Of a stretch of 64,000 nucleotides of DNA, positions 39,950 to 52,815 are shown one piece after another (positions within the stretch are counted from its first letter, which is position 1; every line of letters begins with the position of its first letter). A program made the translations under genes and the position numbers. The notes beneath the pieces were generated by a model that was given only the letters and a program-made list of their open reading frames with translations, was not told the origin of the DNA and did no database searches. Source of the stretch: Eledone cirrhosa (taxonomy: Eukaryota); the NCBI GenBank assembly GCA_964016885.1, contig OZ024744.1, forward strand, positions 14,074,001-14,138,000, given 5' to 3'.

Positions 39950-40229
39950 GGATAGATGAATCATTACTTCCTTAAAGACAACTGACGCCACACACCAGGT
40001 CCGAACACAGAAGAGCTGAACTCCTACTGTCATCGCCTCCATTTCTCTCGCCCTCCCATCTCTCACTATTATGAGCAAATGGGGTCGCACATGCTGGCCG
40101 CTCCACGGCCCCGGAGAACAGAATGGAAAAGGCATTTCTCCGAAGGATGATTAGGAGATGCGCTGGAAGAGCCATTGCATCTCACGAGGGTCATTCCTAC
40201 GGGTAGCCATCTCTGTGCCGATGGTGGTG

Positions 40230-40425
40230 AGTAGGGAGGTAGCCCTAGGGCCAAGGACACCAGAAGTATCAACTGCTACAGATAGCCAGCTCAGCACCTA
40301 TGGTGGTGAGTAGGGAGGTAGACCAAAGACCACGGACACGAGTAATTTCCACTGCTACGGGCTCGACTGCAAACCTGTCGGAGAGCAACCGATACTTCGA
40401 GAGTTTACCCTCCTCAACCCGAAGT
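40230..40425 (-). mobile_element. Small CRE REL fragment related to 34937-35420
   Basis: EEGKLSKYRLLSDRFAVEPVAVE. Confidence 0.7.
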
Positions 40426-40477
40426 GCACACGCACACACACACACACATGACATATACGACATATACGACATAAACA

Positions 40478-43400
40478 TTCTTGGAACGTCACGCTCTTTA
40501 GTGTTAGTGGGTGACTGGAACGGTATAGATGCACGCTGGGATTATGTGGGGCTAGTAGACAGGGCAGGAGGGTGTAAAAGCCTCACCAACCAGCTCAGAC
40601 GTTTTGAACTGTCTGACAGGTATAGACTGGATTATCCGAAAGTGCCAATGTAGACATGGGCAAACCTCATCGGGTCATCCAGATCGTATTTAGATAGGGT
40701 ATTCTGTAGGGAAACAAATAAGGCTAGTGTAAGTTGTCCACATTTGTGATCTGTGAAGTTTACTTAGATAGACTCCATAGGCAAGGGCCCGGCTACTGGA
40801 AGCTGAACGCGTCGTTCCAGGCGCGCAAAGCTTACAGAGACCTGGTGGTGGTTTACCGTGAAAAGGGCTATTAGAGTAGAATCGATAAGGTTTAGCAAAG
40901 GAGTAGTGATAGAGAAAAATAGAGTAGAGGGAGAGTTAGAAAGCTAGAAGAGGTGTTTAGGACAAGCATCGCAACAGACGTTCTTGCGGCGAGATTGGCA
41001 CTCGACCAAATCTTCAAAGCAAAGCATGAAGGCTGCGTTGTCAGAGCTAGAGCGCTTGCCTTAAGACACGAGGGGACGAAAGCCCTTCAATGGGCCTGGG
41101 TGAGGAGGCGCGACGTGGCAACAAGTCCACAATTCGGTCTTTGCCTGATCAAAACGGGTGCATGCTGCTCGAACCCGAGCAGATGTGTGCGGCTTTTCAA
41201 CAGCACTTTGCTCAATTGTTCGGGACCGGCGGCGGGCCGTATCGGTGTATGGACTTCGGTGCATACCTCGAAGGACTGCCGTGGCTCTCGACGACCGCAG
41301 CGCAATGCTGCGAAAAGCCGATAACAGCAGGTGAAATATGGGGCGCAATGTCTGACTGCACGAGGGGTAAATCGCCAGGTTTGGATAGTCTACCCTACGA
41401 GCTTTATGCGTATATGCCAGACTTGTTCGGCGACATCTTGGCAGATGTCTACTGCAACTGGCAGCAGAAAGGGAGCATTCCCAGTTTTGTGAGCCGGCGT
41501 GCGGTGGCGCTTCTGAGAAAAGACCCGAACAAAGGGGACGTTATAGACAACTTCAGGCCCATAACTCTGCTTAACTCAGAGTATAAGATTTTGGCCAATG
41601 TGTTAGCAAAGAGATTGGCGCTTGTCGTCGGTGATCTGCTGGGAGAGGCACAGACACGCGCCATTCCGGACAGATCCATCAACGACAACCTCCATCTTAT
41701 GCGATACATCATAGAGAAGGTGGTTAAGGAACCTGACACGGGTGGGGCCCTGATCAACTTGGATCAATCTAAAGCATTTGATAGGGTCGACCATCGGTAC
41801 CTGGCTGCAGTCCTCTAGGCGGCCGGCTTGGGGCCCGTTTTTAGGGGCTGGATCGCTGCGATGCACAGCGACATCTGCTCGATTGTGAGGGTGAATCGTC
41901 ACCTGTCGCAGCCTTTCAGCATTATGCGCTCAGTCCGACAGGGTTTCCCCCTCTCGTCCCTCTTGTACGTACTGGCCCTCGAGCCGTTACTGCACAAATT
42001 GGAGACCATGAGGGGTGTCCCACGCGAACTGGGATGCGGGAGATCCGTATCAGCTTACGCCGACGACGTCACCATGGTGGTGTCGAGCACCTAACACGTC
42101 CAGATGTTCGGCACCGCTCTCAAGGAATACGAAACGGTGACGGGAGCAAAGATAAACCAGAATAAAGAAATGGGCCGAGAGGAGGCTGGCTCTGTAAGGT
42201 CGGGCGGAGGTGGCGAATGCGTACATAGGGTCCGTCATCTGCTACCGCCTGACCGTCGTACCTTGCCTACACCTTACTCTGATCAAAATGGAGCGCCTTC
42301 TCTTCCGCTTTTTGTGGAAGGGACGTGCTCCCATGATCAGACGATCCATTTGCTGTCAACACCCGTTGCTTGGAGGACTAGGCATACCGTGGCTGATGAT
42401 GCGCAAACATGCGCTGAGGCTGCGACATCTCTGGTGCTTCCTTGACGGTGAACCGGTGTGGTCGCCGTTTGCCAGACGCGCTTTTCCCCAGCTCGTTTCC
42501 TTGACGGAGCTGCAGTCCTGGATCAAGAAATGACCAAGGGATAGCGCTTGGAAGCTGGAATGTCTCCAAACGCTCTCCGCCCTCTACCAGCTGGGCACTA
42601 ATGTCGGTGGAACACCCACCCCTGCGTTCTATAGAGGGCTAGTGGAGGGAAAGAGCAATGACGTTCTCACGGAGACCCTGGGCGTCGAAGACGATCAGCA
42701 GTTCGTTCTCTTCAAGAGGACTTTTAGACCGGGTCCTATGGTCAACTTCCAGAAATCCCTGGCCTGGCAGTGCTACCGGGGAGTTTGCCGGTTCGGGATA
42801 AACTCTACAGGCACGAAGGTGCTGTCAGCTGAGCCTGTCCGAGATGCGCGCACGGCGACGTAACCGTCCTACACGCACTCGTTCAGTGCCCGAGGATTGC
42901 TGACTTGTGGACCTATGTCGAACAATTGCTGTCGCGTGTTGGACTGATCCGGTTATCGACTGAGTCCATTGTGCAGATAGCCCCGCCATCCTCCTTTAAG
43001 GAGGAGGAAGGGCAGGCAGTTTTCATCTGCCTGGTGGCCATGGCGAAAGAGATTGTGTGGTGGTCAAGGTTGAAAGGGTTGAAGGCGGACACTTTCCTCT
43101 CCAGCCGATCCCTGATTAACTTTTTCAAGTTTCACTTGAAGAGGAAAATCAGGGCGGAGAGGCAAGTGCTGTCTTCTAGTAAGTTTGTTGAAAGGTGGGT
43201 GAAACTGGCGAGTCTGGTCCGAATGAACGGGCCCGCTCTGAGTATACGCCTGTAGACTAAGGAGTGGGAAAAGTGAGAGAGGGCGCTTGCCCAGGTGGTC
43301 AGGGTGGCCGTGGTCTTTTGTGTGGTTTTCACCACGAGTGACCATCGGAGGTTTCCCACTTCTTGGGAAATTTTTGTTGTATGAAATTTTTTTAAATTTC

Positions 43401-44622
43401 TATCCCGATTTCTATCTTGTTATAACCTGTTTACACGACCAAAACCCACTTTGTATCGTCCTGTACTGTTCTGTACCGTCTGTAATGTTTTTCTCGTTCT
43501 GCACGCACTCGTCCAGTGTGCATGTATTACTGACTCGTGGAGTTATGTCGAACAGCTGTTGTCGCGTGTAGAACGGAACCGGCTATCGGCCGAGTCGATA
43601 GTGAAGATCGACCCGCCATCTTCCTTTGGCCAGGAAGGGCAGGCAATTTTCCTCTGTTTGGTAGCAGTAGCGAAAGAGGTTGTATGGTGGACGAGGTTGA
43701 AAGGACTGAAGACAGACATTTTTCTCTTCGGCCAATCTCTCATCAACTTCTTCAAGTTTCACCTGGAAAGGAAGGTGAGGGTGGAGAGAGAAGTGCTGCC
43801 CCTCAGTACATTTGCTGAAAGGTGGGTGAATGTGGCGAGAATGGCCCGTGTGAGTGGGCCTACTCTGGCCATGCGCCTGTAGGTGGGTAAATTTGAGGAG
43901 GAGAGGGGTGCCCTTCCAGGGTGCTCTCGAAGCGTCGGGTCGTTCAGGAATGGGGGGGGGTACCTGGGTGGTCATCCCCCCTATGGACTCAGTCGATAAT
44001 AATTATTATTATCGACTGAGTCCATTGTGCAGATGGTCTCGCCGTCTTCCTTCGAGGAGGAAGGGCAGGCGGTTTTCATCTGCCTGGTGGCCATGGCGAA
44101 AGAGATTGTGTGGTGGACAAGGTTGAAAGGGTTAAAGACAAACACTTTCCTCTTCGGCGAATCCCTAATTAACTTTTTCAAGTTTCACTTGAAGAGGAAA
44201 ATCAGGGGGGAGAGGCAAGTGCTGCCTTCTAGCAAGTTTGTTGAAAGGTGGGTGAATGTAGCGAGAATGGTCCGAGTGAACGGGACCGCTCTGAATATAC
44301 GTCTGTAGTTTGAGGAATGGGAAAAAATTGAGAGAAGGCGCTTGCCCTGGTGGTCAGGGTGACCGTGGTCTTTTGTGTGGTTTTCGCCACGAGTAACCGT
44401 CGGAGGTTTCCCCCCAATTGGGGAATTTTTTATTGTTTGAATTTTCATTTTTATTGTTTATATATATGTATATGTTTCTATGTCTTTTTTTTTCTTTTTC
44501 ATTTCTTATATAAATAATATAAATCTTTACACGCACAAAACCCACATCGTACCGTCCTGTACCGTGCTGTGCCGTCTGTAATGTTTTTCTTGATGTCAGC
44601 CCTTGTGGCCAATAAAGAAATC
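40478..44622 (+). mobile_element. 5'-truncated Tx1 LINE (copy D) followed by two extra stacked 3' ends (~43495-43980 and 44008-44622)
   Basis: APE and RT motifs; the C-terminal AKE(I/V)VWW..FFKFHL..ERWV block occurs three times; ends AATAAAGAAATC(ATT)n. Confidence 0.9.
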
Positions 44623-44663
44623 ATTATTATTATTATTATTAATATATTATTATTATTATTATT

Positions 44664-46853
44664 GTTCTCTGAGTCGCAGTCATTGATGTTAGTTAACTGG
44701 AAAGTTTGTTGAAATGTATATCAAGCTACTACCTGCAGCCTCAGATATTCAGGACGTATCGGAGGGTTCTTGCTGTTCCCTGCAAGCATGCCTTTTGAAG
44801 CTTTCCAAAAAGCGTGGCGGGGGCCAATTTTCTTTAACCATCCCTGGAAACTTTTTGAGATAGTACCTAGTGCGCCTATGACAATCGGGACCACTTTGAC
44901 TTCATGGCAGTTCCAAATCCTTTTTACCTCCCACTTTAAGTCCTGGTATCGGTTAATTTTGCACTCTCGTGTCGAATGGGCAGGCTACATCTACAATCAG
45001 GCACGATCTTTTTTCCTTGTCCAAAACCACCAGGTCAGGTCTATTGTGTTCCAGTTTCTTGTCCGTCTGTATCCTAAAATCCCACAGCACCTTCACCTGA
45101 TCGTTTTCTATCACCGACTCTGGCTTATGCTCATACCACTTCTCAGAATGTGGTAAATTGTTTACTTTGCATAGGTGCCAGTGGATCACCCTGCCCATCA
45201 CATCATGTCTCCAGCCCTTGTAGTGAGTCTGGGCTAGGTGTTTACACTCGGATACTCCAGCTGATGTTTTCCAGGACTTCATACTTTTGCCCAACAACTG
45301 TCTGATGTTATCTGCCACCTTGAAGATCTCTAGGCTTTTGGTGATCCAAGAATGAGGCACCATGTCAAATGCCTTTTTGTAGTCTATCCATACCATGGCA
45401 TTACCAGTGTGTCTCCTCTTGCAATTCCTCATTACCATCTTATCAATAAGTAACTGGTCCTTTGTACCACGGAACTTCTTTCGGCATCCTTTCTATTCGT
45501 CCGGTAACAAGTTGTTTGTGTGGAGGTGATGGTAGATTTCCTCAGACATAATGCTTGTCAACAGTTTCCACATTACGGACAGACATGTGATAGGTCTATA
45601 GTTTGTAACATCATTACCCTTGATTCGGTCTTTCATTACCAGAACTGTGGTACCTTTTGTCAACCACTCTGGTACCTCACCTGACATCAAGCAGTCATTG
45701 AACATGGTTGTCAGTTTCGGGTGGAGGGATGTTATATTTTTAATCCAATACCCCTGCACACCATCTGGGCCTGGTGATTTCCAGTTGGTTAGTTTTTTGG
45801 CCTGCCCCTTAAGAGTTTCAACTGTGATACTCAAATCAGTTTGTTGGTGTGCCTGTTCACTAATCTCCTTTTGTACTGTCTCAATCCACACTGACTGGTC
45901 ATTATGTTTAACATCCTGCTCCCATATTCCTCTCCAGAATATCTTAGTTTGTTCCGCCTCAGGGATCAAGTCGTTGCCTCTTTCTTTCCCTTCAAGCTGT
46001 CCAAACAGCATCTTCTGGTTGTTGTCAAACATGCGGTTCTGTCTATACTGACTGACTCTGCTCTCGTATCGCCTGATTTTTGCACTCTTTGCTACAATGC
46101 GTTGCTTCAGTTCCCCTATGATAATATTTAGCTTTTTCCTCCTAGTTTTGTACTTTATTTCTAGTCTATTTTTAGTGTCTATGTTTTTTACTGTCCCATT
46201 CAGTAGGGACTCAAGCTTTCCAATGTCATTTCTCATTTCCCTGATTTGACCATTCAGTCGTTTCTTCCACCAAGGCTCTGCTCTTTCTTGTTTGTTGTTT
46301 CCTCTCGCTTTTATACCAAGTAATTTCCTCGCCGTATTTGTTGTTGCTTTGAGGATATTGTTGCACTGGTGAAGGCTCCTCGCCTCAAGGTATGGGATGA
46401 CTTTGTTTACCTTAGCTGTTGTTTCTTTTAACTTTTTCCTGTCTACAAATCTTAGGTTCATAGGTTTCCCACTATCATTGTTCATTTCATCTAAGTTTAG
46501 GATATCAACCAAATCTTGTCCTAGCCCGTCATCATTCGTCTCCTCAATGGCCGTATCTTTGTTCCAGGTATTATTTATTTCAGCATTCAGATCATTGTCT
46601 GCTTCGGATGCTTCCTCCGTTCTCTCAACCTCTTTACCTTCATTTCCCACTGGCTCGTTTGCCTGGCATACTGCACTCTCCATTTCCAACCTAATCTCTC
46701 TGCTCAGTTCCTCCAGTTCCAGCTCGCTTATCCACCCATTAGTTCTTATTACCCGAGCCTGCCCGGCCAATTTTGTTCATCTAATTTAAATAGACCCATC
46801 TCGTTCCAGATGTTATGCATCCGTTTCCTATAGCCTTTTTCCTTGGGGGTTAC
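44664..46853 (-). mobile_element. R4/Dong LINE, 5'-truncated and internally deleted
   Basis: KSPGPDG, YRPITCL, DYKKAFD, RHD and RPDLVV..IVDVACP; flanked by (TAA)n; highly similar to 58466-62429. Confidence 0.88.
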
Positions 46854-46867
46854 TTATTATTATTATT

Positions 46868-49800
46868 GGTCTAAGCGGACGTATTTTGCTCGCTCCAAGT
46901 AAGTCGCTTGATTTGCCTGTTATAATTATTTGTTGTTAAATATTTCTTGTTGTGTAAGGGATATAAGGCCTTATACTTTGCTCTGTTAAGGGCAAAGTAT
47001 AATATTTGGGCCTTTTGGCCCAAATATTTGAACTTTTTTACATGTTAAAAAATTTACGGAGAAAAAAACCATGGCTGAGCCCCCCCCCCCCCCCCCCCCC
47101 CCGCGATATTTCTGCTGTCGTGCGACAACGACGTAGAAGTTGAGAGGAGCGCTACAACGAAATTAACACAAATTTATAACACAAACACCACCACAAACAA
47201 GGTAAACAAAGACACCAATGATACCAATGAGAACTCTAATTTTGAAAAATATGACAGTAACAGCGACAACGAAAATACAGATAACAAAAAAGAATGACAA
47301 ATACAACAACAATATCAACACCACTAACATGAAAACAAATAGTGACAACACCACCAGCAACAATACCAACTGCACTGAGAACAACGGTGGCAACAAAGAC
47401 AACAATGATAACAGCGACAGTGCTAACAACACCAACAAGAACAACGACACCCTTCCCCCCAGGGACAACAAGTAGAACACTTTCGCTGCGGCAGCAGCAA
47501 ATAAGAGGCCATGCTTCAACATGGACCTCTCAAACAAAGATGAAATGTTGGCCCAGGCATGGAAGCTCATCAAACAAGAGCAAACCTGGGTCAACTTAAC
47601 TGTCCCGGTAGAAGCTATTGAGGCAGTGAAGCGCAGAACGGTGCATTATAGATGCATCTCAGCACAAACCAAATGGGCAGCTTTAAGCCCACAAGAAGAT
47701 GTCGAAGTCGCGCTGAGGTGCATCAGAGAAGACACCGAATATATAGAGAGGGGCAAACAGTACGGCACCATTTCGGTGTTGTTCAAGTCAGAAGCCCTCG
47801 CTATGAAACACGCTATGACACCTTGCAAAACCAGCAAGATCATGATGTACCCCTCCCACATGGGAAAAAGAACGGCCCGTCTCCGCATTCCCAGAATCCC
47901 ACCAGGACTTGACATGTGGTGGCTTCTGGGATGTGTGATTGTGGAGGGGACGGATACCGTCCCTATAGAAGTGACCAGAACGGCCAGAGAGGACTGCTCC
48001 GGGGTTGACCTGGAGATCCTTCTCCAGATCAAACCCGAGAATGTGAAGACAATCCCGGACCACATCCGCCTTCAGAATGGGACGGTCATTCACATTATGA
48101 CCGAAGGCAAAAGGTCGCAGTGTTTTGTTTGTGGGGAAAAACCCATTTGCGAGCCTTCTGCCCTCAACTGCTGAAAGAGGCAAGGGGTCGAAAGGCTCCA
48201 CTGCTTCCGACGCCGGGGCGAGGACCACAACCAACACCAGCACCGGCAAAACCACCAACAACAACACCAATAGAAAGACCACCAACAACATTGACCACCC
48301 AGGGGGGAAACGAGGAAAGCTGTCAAATTCCCCCTCCCCCCCAAAATACACACACCAATAAAACCTTAAACATACATACAAACACACTTACAGACACAGA
48401 CCCCTCATCTACCAGTAGTGAAAATGAGGGAAATCCCAAATCCCCCAAAATACAAAAAAGGAAACACAAAAAGAAAAAGAAAACTCAACAAAACACAAAA
48501 GCACCCACAATAAAAAACGCAGACACCACCCACGCAAACATCTCTCCAATAACACCAACATCAACACCACCATCAACATCACCAGAATCCCCCAAACGCA
48601 AACAACCAAAACAGACGCAAGAACAAATATACACACAAACATCTGAAACCACAGACACCGCACTCACAACAAACACAGATACAACCGAAACAACACCACC
48701 AAAACCATCACCACCACAGCCACGCAAACAAATAAAATCACACCAACAAAACATACAAAACTTCGTGCTCGTCAGGAGGGCCAACAAGGAACTGATGGCC
48801 CTCGTAGCATGAAGTGAAAATATACAAAAAGAGGGGTAAATGTTTAAATCGAGAACATTTCGCGTGCCGGAAGATTTGGTTCTGGTGCGAATGTCGCTCG
48901 ACATATTCAAAGAAATACGAGACAGCTTTCCTCGGGACGTGGGAACCCCGAACGTAAAACCCACTTCAAGACTTTTAAAGGGGTTCCCAAAAGAAACCCC
49001 ACTATCTATGGAGGTCGAACAACCCGACCTTCACAAGAGCCCGGAAGGTAAGTAAACCTTCTTCTCTCTCTGTTTAACCTGCCAACATATCCGTATTAAG
49101 AGAAGGATGTTTAAATCTTTGAGGCCTGGGATCGTCCTGGAAGCAGGGTCACCTGCTCAACGACCTCAGGTCTATAGAAATAGATGTAATTGCAGCCAGC
49201 GAGACCAGGATTTCCGACACCCGCGCACTAGGCCCCATTTTCGACGACGATCAGATCTTTGCATCTGTTAGCCGTCCTGGAATGGGAGGCGGGGTGGCAG
49301 TGCTGTTTAGGAAAGGCCTAGATCTCGAGGTAAGGTCGATCTTCCGAGACCCGGACGGGAAGTTGGTGGTCCTGGACGTGAACAATAATGAAGGTGGTGC
49401 CTTTAGACTGGTGGCCGTCTATGCTCCTACTGGGGCAGGACGGTCGGACTTCTTTAGACGCCTGGAAGCCTTTCTGGGTACGTCTCGCCCTTTACTGTTA
49501 GCAGGGGACTGGAACGGCATCTTAGATACACGCTGGGACTGTGTGGGAGTATCCGATATGAGCGGGGGGTGCAAAAGCCTCAGCAAGTTCCAACTGTCTG
49601 ACAGGTACCGACTAGATTTCCCTAATGCGCCAGTGTGGACCTGGGCTAACCGCATAGAGTCATCTAGATCGTATATAGACAGGATATTCATTAGGAAAAT
49701 AGTCAGAAATAGTGTAAGCTGTCCACGATTTGAAACGGTCGCCTATTCAGATCACAAGTTTGTGATCTGTATGGTCGACCTAGATAATACGCGTAGGTTA

Positions 49801-52762
49801 GGACCTGGTTACTGGAAGCTAAACATGTCATTTCCGGCACGTAAGGCTTACAGGGGCCAGGTCAACAATTTAGTTAAGAAAAAGTTGACAGGGGAGTCGT
49901 GAACAATAGATGGTGGGGGGGGGGGGGCTCTCAGAAGAGAGATTAGAGTAATGTCAATAGAGTTTAGCAAAGAAGTAGCATTAGAGAAAAATAGAAAGGA
50001 GGGGGAGTTGGTAGATAAGTTAGACGAGGCTATTGGTAGTGGCATTGCAACTGACGTGCTAGCGGCGAGAATGGCATTAGACCATTTCTTCAATGCGAAA
50101 CACGAAGGTTGCATTGTCAGAGCTAAGGCGCGTGCTCTGAGAAACGAGGGAACCAAAGCTGTTCGATGGACCCGCGTGACAGAGGCGCAGCCAGGTAATA
50201 AAACCACGATTCGGTCTTTGACGGACCGAGACGGACACGAGCTGAGCGATTCCAAGAGGATGTGTGACGGCTTTCGCCAACATTTTGCTCGGCTGTTGGG
50301 GGGAAGTTGAGTCAGAGACGGTGGCGGACTTCAGTCCCTACCTCGATGGTTTGCCGCAACTCTCGACGGCTGACGCTGGGCGCTGCGAAAGGCCAATTAC
50401 TTCAGCCGATATTCAGGATGCCCTTGTAGGCTTCATGAGGCGCAAGTCACCCGGTTTGGATGGTCTGCCCTACGAGCTTTACGTAAATATGCCAGACTTG
50501 TTCTCCAATCTCCTCGAAGCCCTCTACTGCAACTGGGCAGCAAAACGGGAGTATTCCCAGTTCTGTGAGACGTGGCGTAGTGACGCTGATAAGGAAAGAC
50601 GAGAACAAGAGGGACCCATTAGACAATTTCAGACCCATAACTCTGAGTTTAAGATTTTGGCCAGGGTATTAGCGAAGAGGTTGGCGCTTGTCGTCGGGGA
50701 TTTGGTTGGAGAGGCGCAAATTTGCGCAATCCCCACCAGGTCCATCCACGACAACCTCCACCTAATGCGATACATCATATAGAGGGTAGGGTGTAAACCT
50801 GGCTTCGGTGGGGCTCTGAACAATTTAGATCAATCGATAGCATTCGATAGGGTCGACCATCGGTACCTGAAGGCTGTCCTCAAGGTGGCTGGCTTCGGCC
50901 CCGTCTTCAGAAGCTGGATCGCTGCAATGCACAGCGGCACCTGCTCGATGGTCAAAATTAATGGCCACCTCTCGGAACCGTCTCAGGTCTCCCGATCGGT
51001 CCGTCAAGGGTGCCCTCTCTCTGTCCTTCTGTACGTATTGACTCTCGAGCCTTTACTGCGAAAGCTGGAGCTGTTGCAGGGCATCCCGCTCGAACCGGGA
51101 CGCGAAAAGGCTGTGTCGGCTTATGCGGACGACATCACCGTGATGGTGTCGGACACCTCAGAAATCGAGGTGGTCGGCAACTTATTGAAGGAATATGAAA
51201 GGTTGACGGGAGCAAAACTTAACCCGGAAAAGTCAGTGGGCTTGCAACTCGGCACCTGGAGAGGCAAGTCCATACCGTCCAACAGCGTCGTTAGGCGCTG
51301 GGCGGACGGACCGGTAAAGTTGCTAGGGGTTTGGTTCGGGGCAGACCTCCAGGTGGATAAGAATTGGGACGAGGTGACGGGCAGGGTAGACAGTCTCACC
51401 CAGAAATGGGCTGGGATGAAGCTATCACTGAAAGGTCGGGCGGAGGTGGCGAACGCGTACATCGCGTCCGTCATCTACTACCGTCTGACTGTCGTCCCTT
51501 TCCGCCGTTCGCGCCTCGCCATCTTGGAGCGGCTCCTCTTCAATTTCTTGTGGAGGGGTCAAGTTCCGCTGGTGAGGTGGTCCATCTGCTGCTAGCACCC
51601 TCTACATCTTGGGCTGGGCATGCCGTGGTTAATGACGCGCAGGTACGCGCTGAGGCTGCGGCATCTCCAGATGTTCTGCCTGAACGGTGAACAGGTGTGG
51701 TCGCCGTTTGTCAGACGGGCCTTTCCACAGCACGTTTCTTTGACTGAGTTGCAGTCCTGGGTCAAGAAGAGACCGAGACTGGGTGACTGGCATCTGGAAT
51801 GTTGCCAGGAACTCACTGCCCTCTACTAGGCCGGCAATGTGGTCAGCGGAACTTCCACTCTCGAGTTCTATAGAGGATTAGTGGTGGGCAAGTGCGACGA
51901 CGCCCTCGGAGAGGCTCTGGGAGTCAACGAAGTCGAACTAACCAGTCTGTTCCGGACGACTTTCGAGCCTGAGACGATGGATAATTTCCAAAAATCCCTC
52001 GCTTGGCAGTGCTACCGGGGGGCACTGCCGGTTCGAGATAAACTCTACAGGCACGGAAGTGCTGTCAGACGGACCTGCCCGAGATGCGCGCAGAGCGACG
52101 AAACCGTTCTGCACGCACTCGTCCAGTGTCCGTGCATTACTGACTTGTGGAGTTATGTTCAACAGCTGTTGTCGCGTGTAGAATAGATCCGGCCATCGGC
52201 CAAGTCCACAGTGAAGATCGACCCGCCGCCTTCTTTTGGTCAGGAAGGTCAGGCAATTTTCCTCTGTCTGGTGGCAGTAGCGAAAGAGGTTGTATGGTGG
52301 ACGAGGTTGAAAGGACTGAAGACAGACACTTTTCTCTTCGGCCAATCCCTCATCAACTTTTTCAAGTTTCACTTGGAAAGGAAGGTGAGGGAGGAGAGAG
52401 AAGTGCTGCCCCCCCCCCCCAGTACATTTGCTGAAAGGTGGGTGAATGTGGCGAGAATGACCCGTGTGAGTGGGCCTACTCTGGTCATGCGGCTGTAGGT
52501 AGGTAAATTAGAAGAGGAGAGGGGTGCCCTTCCAGGGTGCTCTCGAAGCGTCGGGTCGTTCAGGACTGGTAGGGTACCTGAGCGAACCCTAGGTGGTGAT
52601 ACCCCCTATTGGGGAATTTTTTCTTGTTGTTATTTTATTGTTACTTTATTGATACTTTGTTATTGTTATTCATATTGTTTACCTGATTTTTCTGTAAAAC
52701 CCCACTGTCCCAGACTTTTTTATTGTCCCCTATATGTCGGCCCTTGCGGCCAATAAATGAAA

Positions 52763-52764
<2 letters not shown>
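46868..52764 (+). mobile_element. Full-length decayed Tx1 LINE (copy B): ORF1 ~47071-49051, ORF2 ~49087-52498
   Basis: Knuckle CFVCGE.THLRAFC; APE and RT motifs including RQGCPLS and YADD; bounded by (ATT)n on both sides. Confidence 0.9.
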
Positions 52765-52815
<51 letters not shown>

